Positions 17,231-26,290 of a stretch of DNA of 30,160 nt are shown here, piece by piece. The position numbers were made by a program, and so were the translations under genes. Where the stretch lies: positions 1-30,160 of IMG/VR virus record IMGVR_UViG_3300025892_000094. One strand, given 5' to 3'. A model generated the notes under the pieces. That model saw only the letters and a list, made by a program, of their open reading frames with translations. It had not been told where the DNA came from and searched no databases. This DNA is from a virus (lineage: Duplodnaviria > Caudoviricetes). Numbering within the stretch: position 1 is the stretch's first letter; every line of letters begins with the position of its first letter.

Positions 17231-19746
17231 TGTATCAAAATATTTATTTCGAAATAAAAACTAAAAAAGTTCATCTTTGGGATGATGTCAAGGGTTACGA
17301 GACTTTCAAGTTTAAGCCGTATGCCTACAAGAAGTCACCTACGGGTACCTATACTTCGTTATTTGGAGATAAATTAACAAAGGTATACAACTACGACCCT
17401 AAACAACGTGGATTATTTGAATCAGATGTACCTGCAGAAACTCGTGTATTAGTTGACAGATATGCAGACTCAGATGAGATTTCAAAAGGACATAGAACTT
17501 TATTTTTTGATATAGAAGTAAAAGTTACAGAAGGATTTCCGAGTCCTGATGAAGCGCCTAATGAAGTAACATCAATAGGTTTTAATGATTGTACAGATGA
17601 TACATACCATTGTTTAGTATTAGACCCTGAAGGCAAAGTTGATTTAAATCATCCTGATATACTTAGAAATAATTTTAATGTTGAGACATTTGATTCAGAG
17701 TTTGATTTACTACAAAGATTCTTCGCAAGATATAGAGAAATAAATCCGACTATTATATCAGGATGGAATACAGAGAAATTCGATGTTCCTTATTTATATA
17801 ATCGTGCTTGTAAAATAGTAGGTAAAAAAGTAGCGTCTATGTTTAGTCCTATAGGAATCGTACAATGGTCAGACTTCAAAAGTAAACATAGGATAGCAGG
17901 AGTATCACATTTAGATTATTTATTTTTATATCGTAAGTTTACATATACAGAGAAATCAAGTTATCGATTGGATGCTATAGCAGAAGAAGAACTCGGAGAG
18001 AATAAAGTTGAGTATGAAGGTACACTCAATGATTTATACAATAATGATAGAACACAATTTGTTTTATACAACGTACAAGATGTAGCAATCGTAGACAAAC
18101 TCAATAAGAAATTAGATTTCATCAGTATTACACAAGCACTAACTCACTCCGGACACGTTCCTTATGAAAATGTGTTTACATCATCACGATATCTTGAAGG
18201 TGCTATATTAGTTTATTTGAGAAAACTTGGGATTGTAGCTCCTGACAAAAAGCCTAAACCTAAATTAGCAGAAGACTTTCAGTTTGCAGGTGCACACGTA
18301 GCAGTACCACAAAAGGGTAAACACGATTGGGTATTTGATTTAGATGTTACATCTATGTATCCTTCTGTTATTATGTCTCTGAACATATCACCTGAAACTA
18401 AATTAGGTAAACTCGAAGAATGGAGTGAACAAGATTTTATTCGAGAAGTAGAAAAGGTATATAAAATTAATGATGACTATGGTAACGAAGTAGCATCAAT
18501 GAGTTATGAAGCCTTTAAATCATACGTAACAGATAATAAGATTTCTATTTCAGCAAATGGTGTATTATATCGTACTGACAAAACAGGTCTGATTCCCGCT
18601 ATTCTTTCTAAGTGGTTTGATGAAAGAGTAGAATATCGTAAGTTAGCAAAGAAGTTTGGTAACGATGGTAATACAGAACGTTATGAATATTTTGATAGAA
18701 GGCAGTTGATTCAAAAAATTATGTTAAATAGTTTATATGGTGTTCTTGGGTTATCAGTATTTAGATTCTATGATATTGATAATGCTGAAGCTACTACACT
18801 AACAGGTCAATCATTAATCAAGTTTAGTAAAACTATTACTAATCACTTCTACAATAATGAATTAGGAACTGATGACGACCACGTGATTTATATTGATACT
18901 GATTCTATTTTCGCATCTGCGTTGCCATTAGTAAAACATAGATACCCGAATGAGAATACTAATTCAAAATCAATGATGAGTAAACGTATTCTTACAATAG
19001 CATCAGAGCTACAAGCATATCTTAATAAGAGTTATGATTATTTTGGTGAGAAGTTTTGTAATATTAAGAATCATAAGTTTGAAATTAAACAAGAGGTTAT
19101 TGCTATATCAGGATTGTTTATTGCTAAAAAACGATATGGTATGAAGATAATTAATGATAACGGAGTTGATGTCAACAAGGTTATGGTAAAAGGTATTGAT
19201 ACCGTTCGTTCAAATTTTCCTAAGGCTTGTGGTAAACTTTTAAAAGAAGTTCTTGATGATGTTCTTGCTAACGTTCCTAAAGAGAAGATTGATGACAGAA
19301 TTTTAAATTTTAAGTCTTCTATGAATACAATGCCTATTGACAATATATCGATGCCTACAGGTATTAAAAGTTTGAAGAAGTATACGCAACGTAAATTAAA
19401 AAAACAAACATTTAGTAAGTTCAAATCAGGAGCTCCTGTACACGTTAAGTCTGCTGTAAATTATAATGATTTATTATTACATTTTGAGATTTCTAAACAA
19501 TACTTATTAATAAGTTCAGCAGAAAAAATCAGATGGGTCTATCTCACAAAGAACCCATTAGGTATCGAAAGTTTAGCATACAAAGGTTATGAAGACCCTA
19601 TAGAAATTCTACAATACATTCGTGATTACATTGACTATGACAAAATGTACGATAAAAATCTACATCGAAAGATTATGATGTTTTACGAAGCAATGGGTTG
19701 GTCTAAACCGGTAGATAAAAAGTTTACATTAGAGAGGTTCTTTTAA
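17230..19746 (+). CDS. Family B DNA polymerase (T4 gp43-like) with 3'-5' exonuclease
   Basis: ExoI FFDIE, ExoII GWNTEKFD, ExoIII YNVQD, DVTSMYPS, KIMLNSLYG, YIDTDS, KKRY, KGIDTVRS. Confidence 0.96.
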   Translation: MYQNIYFEIKTKKVHLWDDVKGYETFKFKPYAYKKSPTGTYTSLFGDKLTKVYNYDPKQRGLFESDVPAETRVLVDRYADSDEISKGHRTLFFDIEVKVTEGFPSPDEAPNEVTSIGFNDCTDDTYHCLVLDPEGKVDLNHPDILRNNFNVETFDSEFDLLQRFFARYREINPTIISGWNTEKFDVPYLYNRACKIVGKKVASMFSPIGIVQWSDFKSKHRIAGVSHLDYLFLYRKFTYTEKSSYRLDAIAEEELGENKVEYEGTLNDLYNNDRTQFVLYNVQDVAIVDKLNKKLDFISITQALTHSGHVPYENVFTSSRYLEGAILVYLRKLGIVAPDKKPKPKLAEDFQFAGAHVAVPQKGKHDWVFDLDVTSMYPSVIMSLNISPETKLGKLEEWSEQDFIREVEKVYKINDDYGNEVASMSYEAFKSYVTDNKISISANGVLYRTDKTGLIPAILSKWFDERVEYRKLAKKFGNDGNTERYEYFDRRQLIQKIMLNSLYGVLGLSVFRFYDIDNAEATTLTGQSLIKFSKTITNHFYNNELGTDDDHVIYIDTDSIFASALPLVKHRYPNENTNSKSMMSKRILTIASELQAYLNKSYDYFGEKFCNIKNHKFEIKQEVIAISGLFIAKKRYGMKIINDNGVDVNKVMVKGIDTVRSNFPKACGKLLKEVLDDVLANVPKEKIDDRILNFKSSMNTMPIDNISMPTGIKSLKKYTQRKLKKQTFSKFKSGAPVHVKSAVNYNDLLLHFEISKQYLLISSAEKIRWVYLTKNPLGIESLAYKGYEDPIEILQYIRDYIDYDKMYDKNLHRKIMMFYEAMGWSKPVDKKFTLERFF

Positions 19747-20021
19747 TGATGAGAATATTTCATAATTCACAAATGAGTTGTAAAAATTGTGCATATGCTG
19801 TTTCTTTTATGGAACGATATAAATTTGAATATAAATTAGTTGACATTTCAGATGTTAAAAACAATGATGAATATTTAAAAGCAGAAAATGTTTTACACGA
19901 ACTTAGATATGATATCGGGATTCTCCCTTTTGTAATGATAACTGATGAGAATGGGTTTACAGGATTCCCTTCTCCGGAAACAGAGTACGAAATTTTAGAA
20001 TACTTAGAACAATTAAATTAA
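19746..20021 (+). CDS. Glutaredoxin/thioredoxin-fold small protein
   Basis: N-terminal CKNC (CxxC), cis-Pro-like ILPFV, then GF; 91 aa. Confidence 0.6.
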   Translation: MMRIFHNSQMSCKNCAYAVSFMERYKFEYKLVDISDVKNNDEYLKAENVLHELRYDIGILPFVMITDENGFTGFPSPETEYEILEYLEQLN

Positions 20022-20040
20022 ACAATAAGAGGTTACAATA

Positions 20041-20757
20041 ATGAATAGAACATACTTAGATAGTTTCATATCAAAATATTATCTTGGCGGTCTGATATCA
20101 AACACAATATGGAAAGTTAGAGACAATACTTTACACACTTCTTTTACTACTGAAGGTAAAGAAATGTTGGGTTCAGTAAAATTTAATAACTTTACACAAC
20201 CTGATGCAGATTTAGGCATAGTAGATACTGAAAGATTAATTAGAATCTTATCAGTATTGAATGGTGATTGTAAACTTGATTATCAAAAAGTCGAAGATAG
20301 AATCATAGCTATGAAGTTACAGGATGATAACGCAGAAGTTAAATTTAATCTTGGAGATTTATCTATATTTGGCGAGAGTGCTAAATTAAAAAATGTTCCT
20401 GACTTTGAATTAGTTCTACAGATGACAAAGCAAGCCGCAGTAGCATTTGTAAATGGCTGTAATGCTATTACTGAAAGTAATCATTTTACGGTAGTAGGTA
20501 GTGATGATTCATACGAACTTGTCGTAAACTATGATAGAACAAAGAATCTTGATATGATAAGAGTTCCTGTTAAAGTGATAAGCAGTGGTGACATAGATGG
20601 ACTATCATTCGCATCAGACCATCTAAGAAGTATTATTAATGCTAATAAAGATTCAGATAGTATTTCTATCTCAGTTAGTTCAGCAGGATTATTGAAGTGT
20701 TCTTTCTCTTCAAATTCTTATAATGCTGACTACTTTCTTGTTGCAATGGACAAATAA
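20041..20757 (+). CDS. Sliding clamp (T4 gp45/PCNA-like)
   Basis: 238 aa, beta-rich, C-terminal YFLVA; lies between the polymerase and the clamp loader; GAGG SD. Confidence 0.75.
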   Translation: MNRTYLDSFISKYYLGGLISNTIWKVRDNTLHTSFTTEGKEMLGSVKFNNFTQPDADLGIVDTERLIRILSVLNGDCKLDYQKVEDRIIAMKLQDDNAEVKFNLGDLSIFGESAKLKNVPDFELVLQMTKQAAVAFVNGCNAITESNHFTVVGSDDSYELVVNYDRTKNLDMIRVPVKVISSGDIDGLSFASDHLRSIINANKDSDSISISVSSAGLLKCSFSSNSYNADYFLVAMDK

Positions 20758-21695
20758 TGAGTAAAACAAATACACTTTGGGTTGAGAAGTATCGTCCTGC
20801 TCTTCTTGATAACTACATCGGAAACGAACATCTGAAGAAGCAAATAGATAGAAACATAGAAGAAAATGATTTACCTCATTACTTGTTTTATGGCGGAGCA
20901 GGTACAGGTAAAACAACACTCGCTAAAATTCTTGTAAAGAATATTGATTGTGATTATCTATACATTAATGCATCAGATGAAACAGGCGTAGATAATATCA
21001 GAACTAAGATAAAAGGTTTTGCTATGACATATTCTACTGCTATCTCTAATATAAAAATTGTTATATTAGATGAGTGTGATTATATGTCCGCATCAGCACA
21101 AGCCGCACTTAGGAATCTAATGGAGTCTTATTCATCACATTGTAAATTTATACTGACTTGTAACTATAAAGAAAAGGTCATTGACCCTTTACAAAGTAGA
21201 TGCCAAGATTATGAATTGATTCCGCCTAACAGAGCTGAAGTAGGTAAACATTGTGTAAAAGTTCTTGAACAAGAAAATGTTGAATACGATATAGAGACTA
21301 TTGCTACAATTATAGACGCTTGTTATCCTGATATCAGAAGAGTAATTAACTATCTTCAGAAACAATCTATTGATGGTAAATTAAATTCAGGTGTAGAAGA
21401 ACTAAGAGATTCAGATTACAAGTTGAAACTGATTGAACTATTAGGTGACAAGTCACTAAACAAGAAAGATGCTTTTGTAGCTGTACGTAAACTTTTGATG
21501 AAGAATAAAGTTAGAGACTTTACTCCTTTGTTTAGTTTAATGTATGACAGATTAGATAAGTTAGCAGATAAAGGTAGTCAAAAAGCTGACATAATTTTAT
21601 TATTAGCTCGTTATCAAAATATGGATAGTTTAGCAGTTGATAAAGAAATTAACATAATGGCTATGTTTGTAGAAATATTAGGAGTTTTAAAATGA
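20757..21695 (+). CDS. Clamp loader AAA+ subunit (T4 gp44/RFC-small-like)
   Basis: LWVEKYRP, GGAGTGKTT, INASDE, ILDECD, AQAALRN, LQSRC. Confidence 0.95.
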   Translation: MSKTNTLWVEKYRPALLDNYIGNEHLKKQIDRNIEENDLPHYLFYGGAGTGKTTLAKILVKNIDCDYLYINASDETGVDNIRTKIKGFAMTYSTAISNIKIVILDECDYMSASAQAALRNLMESYSSHCKFILTCNYKEKVIDPLQSRCQDYELIPPNRAEVGKHCVKVLEQENVEYDIETIATIIDACYPDIRRVINYLQKQSIDGKLNSGVEELRDSDYKLKLIELLGDKSLNKKDAFVAVRKLLMKNKVRDFTPLFSLMYDRLDKLADKGSQKADIILLLARYQNMDSLAVDKEINIMAMFVEILGVLK

Positions 21696-21919
21696 ATCAA
21701 CAAGAAGTACAAGTAGACATAAGTAAAGCAGAAGATATAACGTGCGAGGCACAAGATTGTGGTAGTACATACTTTCAACCTGTAATGGCAATGAAGAGAT
21801 TATCTCCATTAGTATCTCCTACAGGACAAGAAGCAATAGTTCCTATTCAAGTCTATGCGTGTATCAAATGCAACGAAGTTCCTGAGAAGTTTAAACGGGA
21901 GGCAAGTACTCTTGGCTAA
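21692..21919 (+). CDS. Small putative Zn-ribbon protein
   Basis: 75 aa with CEAQDC and CIKC cysteine pairs; ATGA coupling. Confidence 0.7.
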   Translation: MNQQEVQVDISKAEDITCEAQDCGSTYFQPVMAMKRLSPLVSPTGQEAIVPIQVYACIKCNEVPEKFKREASTLG

Positions 21920-22385
21920 CGTTAAAAGCTTTTATGATTTTTTAAAGAGAATCACAAGTAAACAATATCAAGAGAATGAAAAATTTTGGAACTCTCTTGA
22001 TGATAGTAAGAAGAAGTATAGTCAATATATGATTAATCGATATCTGTCAATGGAACCTGATTTTATTACTTCAGTAAACGATGTACAGATACAACAGGGT
22101 TCAGCAAAACTAAAAGATAAGTATCACTTTTTATTGTGGTCAGAGTTATTGCCGAACTATAAATCATTTTTTTTTAAATACATAGGTAAGGATAAAAGTA
22201 TGAATTGGCCCAAACAATGGTTAGAAATAATCTCAAAACACTTTGAAATATCACTAACAGAAGCCCATGAAGCTATGGAGATGTATATGATTTCTGCAGG
22301 TGGTAAATTAGAATTATATGAACACTTAACAAGATACGGCATAACCGAAAAGGAAATACGTAAGGTATACGATTATGAATCTTAA
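21912..22385 (+). CDS. Clamp loader small subunit (T4 gp62-like)
   Basis: YSQYMINRYLSM and FFKYIGK resemble gp62-family motifs; downstream of gp44. Start reassigned to TTG 21912 because of GGGAGG at 21897-21902. Confidence 0.65.
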   Translation: MANVKSFYDFLKRITSKQYQENEKFWNSLDDSKKKYSQYMINRYLSMEPDFITSVNDVQIQQGSAKLKDKYHFLLWSELLPNYKSFFFKYIGKDKSMNWPKQWLEIISKHFEISLTEAHEAMEMYMISAGGKLELYEHLTRYGITEKEIRKVYDYES

Positions 22386-22953
22386 AAACCGAGTAAACGA
22401 AGGCGATAGAAACTTTCATTCAATGTTAATACAAGAACTTGAATGGGGTATTAATACAGATACAAACACTTTATATCTTGCAGGTGATGTTGGAGGTGAG
22501 ACTTTACACTCAGGTGCTATTCATATGGATATCTTAAATAGATTTAATCCTGGTATGGATATTACTATTAACATCAACTCGTTTGGTGGTGATACGTATG
22601 CTATGTTTGGACTCATAGATAAGATGAGAAGTATGCCTGTAAAGGTAAATACTATTTGCCTTGGAACTTGTATGAGCGCAGGAGCAGTAATACTTGCTGC
22701 GGGAACAGGAGTTCGAAAAGCACATAAAAACTCAAGTATAATGATACACGATGGACAAATTGGTATACAAGAAAAAGTTGCTGACTTTCAACGAGCATCA
22801 GAACATTTCAAAGACTTAACTGATAGATGTAATAAATTAATGGCAGAAGTTACAAAAAAAGACTTTGATTATTGGACAAACATTAGTAAATTTGATTGTT
22901 ACTTAACTGCTAAAGATGCACTTGATGTAGGAATAATTGACGAAATAATATAA
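22375..22953 (+). CDS. clpP: ClpP-family serine protease subunit
   Basis: ININSFGG, GTCMSAGAVILAAG (Ser), IMIH (His), FDCYLTAKDALDVGIIDEI (Asp). Confidence 0.9.
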   Translation: MNLKNRVNEGDRNFHSMLIQELEWGINTDTNTLYLAGDVGGETLHSGAIHMDILNRFNPGMDITININSFGGDTYAMFGLIDKMRSMPVKVNTICLGTCMSAGAVILAAGTGVRKAHKNSSIMIHDGQIGIQEKVADFQRASEHFKDLTDRCNKLMAEVTKKDFDYWTNISKFDCYLTAKDALDVGIIDEII

Positions 22954-22954
22954 T

Positions 22955-23563
22955 ATGAGTAAACATAAAGTAATTAGAAACAACTCCGGTCAAGACTTAA
23001 TATATCCTACTAAGCCTGACTTGAAGATACAAAATATTTTAAGTAATGAAGAATGTAATTTTTTACGTTCTTTAACTGATGTATTTGAAGAAGATACTTC
23101 TCCACTTGTAAGTCTTAGAAGACAAAACAAAGGCTTGTATGAAGTAGATAGGCAATATTGGACATTTAGAGAATATCCACACTTCTTGTTGAAATTACAT
23201 AAAAAATTGTGTTATTATTATGATGAAAAAATAAATTTACCTCATCATTGGCACATTATGAAATATAGAAATAAAGGCGATGGTCTTGGATGGCACGCTG
23301 AAGGTAGAATAAGTTATGTATCGTTTTCTATTAATCTAAGTGACTCTGATGAACACGTAGGTGGAGATTTTCAATTAAAGAACAACCCTAAATTAACATT
23401 AAACAAAGGTGACGGTGTATCATATTCAGGACACTCTACACACAGAGTATCTCCTTTAGAAAGTGGTATAAAATATAGTCTTGTTTGTTGGATGAAAGAT
23501 GCATCAAGAATGAAAGCAGTATATGAAGAACCATTTCCTTATGATAACGAAAAGAAAGCATAG
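22955..23563 (+). CDS. 2OG-Fe(II) oxygenase superfamily protein
   Basis: ILSNEEC, KY...LGWHAE, SINLS, GGDF, HRVSPLESGIKYSLVCW. Confidence 0.85.
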   Translation: MSKHKVIRNNSGQDLIYPTKPDLKIQNILSNEECNFLRSLTDVFEEDTSPLVSLRRQNKGLYEVDRQYWTFREYPHFLLKLHKKLCYYYDEKINLPHHWHIMKYRNKGDGLGWHAEGRISYVSFSINLSDSDEHVGGDFQLKNNPKLTLNKGDGVSYSGHSTHRVSPLESGIKYSLVCWMKDASRMKAVYEEPFPYDNEKKA

Positions 23564-23571
23564 GAGCTATT

Positions 23572-23970
23572 ATGCCTAAAGCAATAAAAGAAGCATCAAC
23601 AAAAAAAGATGTTACATTTAAATTACAATCTCACCCGATTGTAGAACAGATGGAAAAAGAATGGCCTGAGATGACTACAGAGTTTCAGAGGTTACAACGA
23701 GAACAATACGAATTATTCTGTAGAAAACAACACGATTACGGTCCAGGTAATATTTCAGTTGGTACACAATTAGTAACATCTGAAGAGATAAAGTTATCAC
23801 TCACAGGTCTTTGGTTCAGAATGAATGACAAAATACAGAGACTTAAAACATTATTGATGAGTGGTAAAGATAATGCTGTACAAGGTGAGCCTATTGAAGA
23901 TGCTTACTTAGATGTGAGTAACTATGGTATTATGGCTACAATCGTAAAGAATGGTAAGTGGGGTAAGTAA
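23572..23970 (+). CDS. DUF1599 / nucleotide-modification-associated domain 1-like protein (all-alpha NTP pyrophosphohydrolase-like)
   Basis: KQHDYG, RMNDKIQRL, EPIEDAYLDVSNYGI; AGGAG SD. Confidence 0.75.
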   Translation: MPKAIKEASTKKDVTFKLQSHPIVEQMEKEWPEMTTEFQRLQREQYELFCRKQHDYGPGNISVGTQLVTSEEIKLSLTGLWFRMNDKIQRLKTLLMSGKDNAVQGEPIEDAYLDVSNYGIMATIVKNGKWGK

Positions 23971-24086
23971 TGGATAGTTTAGTTTGGGTAATCGCTATAT
24001 GTTTGTTAGCTGTATCTACAGATGTTATAGATTGGGTATGTGATAAAGTAGCTGATAGTTTTAATAAACGTGAAAGAAACAAATAA
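23970..24086 (+). CDS. Small putative membrane peptide (38 aa), absent from ORF track
   Basis: MDSLVWVIAICLLAVSTDVIDWVCDKVADSFNKRERNK*; TAATG coupling to the upstream gene; hydrophobic N-terminus, basic tail. Confidence 0.6.
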   Translation: MDSLVWVIAICLLAVSTDVIDWVCDKVADSFNKRERNK

Positions 24087-24258
24087 ACGTTGGTATCACA
24101 TCAAAGCGAGAGATATGGATATATCCCAACCAAAGGGTAAAGTTGTTACATTTTGGTTATTTGGTGAAAGTGAATCAGATATTATGAAAATACTTAGTAC
24201 AAAAAATGTTAAAGATGTAGAGTGGGTAAAACAAAAACAACCGGAGTTTGATAATTGA
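24070..24258 (+). CDS. Small hypothetical protein
   Basis: 62-aa GTG-start ORF filling the gap and overlapping the next start. Confidence 0.6.
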   Translation: MKETNKRWYHIKARDMDISQPKGKVVTFWLFGESESDIMKILSTKNVKDVEWVKQKQPEFDN

Positions 24259-25094
24259 AGCAAGTAAGTTATAGTCAATATTCATTGTGGAATAGTTGTC
24301 CGTATCAATGGAAGTTACAATACGTAGATAAAATTAAAACAAGTGAACCATCTATACACACTATTTTTGGTAGTGCTATGCACGAAGCTATACAAACATA
24401 CTTAGGATGTATGTATAACTTTACTATAAAAGACGCTGATGAACAAGACATAGAAGATTTACTTAGACGGAAAATGAAAGAGTTTTATCAGAAAGAAATA
24501 GTCGAAACAGATAAACTTGATTTAGTATCACAAGAAGATATGGTTGAGTTTTATCAACAAGGCGAAGTGATAATAGATTACTTCAAAAAGAAACGTGGAC
24601 AATACTTTAATAAAAAGAGTTGGTCACTATTAGGTATAGAAGAAAAATTAGCAATACCTATCAGAGGAGACTTAAACTTTCTTGGTTATATTGATGTAGT
24701 TATCAAAGATGAGATTAGCGGTAAGATAAAGATTATTGATTTGAAGACTGCAACGATGGGTTGGAACAAATATCAGAAAGCAGATGTTATAAAGAGTGAC
24801 CAATTACTATTGTATAAAGAATATTATGCTAAGAAACACGATGTACCTGTAGAGATGATTGATATTGAGTTTCTTATCTTCAAAAGAAAATTGTGGGAAA
24901 AAGCTGAGTTTCCTCAAAAGAGAATACAAAGACACGTTCCGGCAAATGGTAAGCCAAGTATGAATAAGATGAGGTCAAGATTCGAAGAGTTTTTAGACGC
25001 TTGTTATGAAAAAGATGGAAGTGTAAAAGAAGGAATTAACTATGAAAAGTGTCAAGGTAAATGTAAAGCGTTTACTAAATGTAAGGGTTTATAA
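24255..25094 (+). CDS. PD-(D/E)XK nuclease, Cas4/RecB/AddB-like
   Basis: SYSQ...CP, FGSAMH, GYIDV, IIDLKT, QLLLY; C-terminal CQGKCKAFTKC completes a 1+3 Cys pattern typical of Fe-S staple nucleases. TTG start after GGAG. Confidence 0.88.
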   Translation: MKQVSYSQYSLWNSCPYQWKLQYVDKIKTSEPSIHTIFGSAMHEAIQTYLGCMYNFTIKDADEQDIEDLLRRKMKEFYQKEIVETDKLDLVSQEDMVEFYQQGEVIIDYFKKKRGQYFNKKSWSLLGIEEKLAIPIRGDLNFLGYIDVVIKDEISGKIKIIDLKTATMGWNKYQKADVIKSDQLLLYKEYYAKKHDVPVEMIDIEFLIFKRKLWEKAEFPQKRIQRHVPANGKPSMNKMRSRFEEFLDACYEKDGSVKEGINYEKCQGKCKAFTKCKGL

Positions 25095-25513
25095 TGCAAT
25101 ATAGAGATATGAGAATAAGTGTTAGAATGTTTTTGGATGATTTTATAAATCCTCCATTAAGAGATTATGTAGTTTTTTATTTAGAAAAAGTTGAGAAAAC
25201 TTTAAAGTTGCCTGTTCATCACGTATTTATTTATGATGAAGTTGAAACTATGAAAGTAAAAGAATTTTCTGATTTTATAGTAGAAAAACTAACACACAAA
25301 ACAGAAATTATTCCTGTAGAAAAAGTTAGACCGCAAGACCATATATGGATGAACTTATTACCTAAAAAACATAAAGATTTAGGAGCAGCGACTTATAGTT
25401 CATATTATGAAGAACCGGTTGAAATCTTCGCAGGATTAAAAGCATTTAACGATGCCGCAGTTTTCGTAACATCACCTAAACCCGAAAAGGAAGAATGGAA
25501 AAACAAAAAGTAG
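25094..25513 (+). CDS. Hypothetical protein
   Basis: 139-aa ORF with TAATG coupling. Confidence 0.75.
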   Translation: MQYRDMRISVRMFLDDFINPPLRDYVVFYLEKVEKTLKLPVHHVFIYDEVETMKVKEFSDFIVEKLTHKTEIIPVEKVRPQDHIWMNLLPKKHKDLGAATYSSYYEEPVEIFAGLKAFNDAAVFVTSPKPEKEEWKNKK

Positions 25514-25905
25514 CTATCATAGGTAGCAGGGAGTATATTAATAAAAGAAAGATTCAAGAGTTCATATTCAAATTAAAAGAAAAGTATAATGGAGATGTTG
25601 TTATTGTCTCAGGCGGAGCAAAGTATGGTGCTGATAAATATGCTAAGAGATTTGCTTTAGATTTTGATTTAGATTATCACGAGTTTCCTCCTTTTCACGA
25701 ATCACACAATATGCATTGTGTTTTAGATAAATTTTATTATAACAAACCTTATAATGTAGGAAACTATCACGGAAGAAATAAAAAGTTAGTTGATTACTCA
25801 GATATGGTTATTGCCTTTGTTCCTAAAGAAGTTACTAATGGAACACGTTCAGCAATAAGATACGCAGAAGAATTAGGAAAAAAGTTTGTTATAATAACAG
25901 GTTAA
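25495..25905 (+). CDS. SLOG-superfamily (YspA/DprA-like) nucleotide-binding protein
   Basis: VAIIGSR, VSGGAKYGADKYA, RNKKLVDYSD, GTRSAI. Confidence 0.8.
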   Translation: MEKQKVAIIGSREYINKRKIQEFIFKLKEKYNGDVVIVSGGAKYGADKYAKRFALDFDLDYHEFPPFHESHNMHCVLDKFYYNKPYNVGNYHGRNKKLVDYSDMVIAFVPKEVTNGTRSAIRYAEELGKKFVIITG

Positions 25906-25929
25906 CATATACTTATATATACATATATG
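25906..25929 (+). promoter_or_regulatory. Second copy of the ATACTTATATAT motif within an inverted repeat
   Basis: ATACTTATATAT at 25909-25920; CATATA-N12-TATATG at 25906-25929; intergenic. Confidence 0.5.
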
Positions 25930-25940
25930 AGAGAAATGTT

Positions 25941-26144
25941 ATGAGAAAATCTGAATTGAAGTTGACTTCGGTCAAAGTTTATAAACCACTATATCACAAA
26001 TTCAAAGTACAAGCAATGGATGAAGAGTTTACATTACAAAAACTTGTTAATCGTTGTATGGATATGTATATGAATGATAAGTCTTTTAGAAACAAAATAT
26101 TTGAACACACAAACTTAGCGCTATCAGGGAGTATGAACTTATGA
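25941..26144 (+). CDS. Small protein, possible ribbon-helix-helix DNA-binding fold
   Basis: 67 aa; beta-strand-like LTSVKV followed by two predicted helices (KPLYHKFKVQA; TLQKLVNRCMDMY). Confidence 0.55.
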   Translation: MRKSELKLTSVKVYKPLYHKFKVQAMDEEFTLQKLVNRCMDMYMNDKSFRNKIFEHTNLALSGSMNL

Positions 26145-26290
26145 GAGATATACCAAATATAGAAAATATATTGAACTCTATAGTAAATTTATTATCATTA
26201 ATAGAAACACGGCTGTCAAAAATAGAAGAAAAATTAGAACCAGCTAAAAAAAAGAAAGTAACAAAGAAAAAAGAGGTTATAAATGGCTGA
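26141..26290 (+). CDS. Small coiled-coil/basic hypothetical protein (49 aa), absent from ORF track
   Basis: MRDIPNIENILNSIVNLLSLIETRLSKIEEKLEPAKKKKVTKKKEVING*; ATGA overlap upstream and overlap with the next start. Confidence 0.65.
   Translation: MRDIPNIENILNSIVNLLSLIETRLSKIEEKLEPAKKKKVTKKKEVING

Noticed and set aside
21855-21911. Longer ATG start for the gp62-like gene
   Set aside because: It overlaps the Zn-ribbon ORF; TTG 21912 follows a strong GGGAGG.
24255-25094. CRISPR-Cas system suggested by the Cas4-like nuclease
   Set aside because: No repeat-spacer array or other cas genes are visible; stand-alone nucleases of this type are common in phages.
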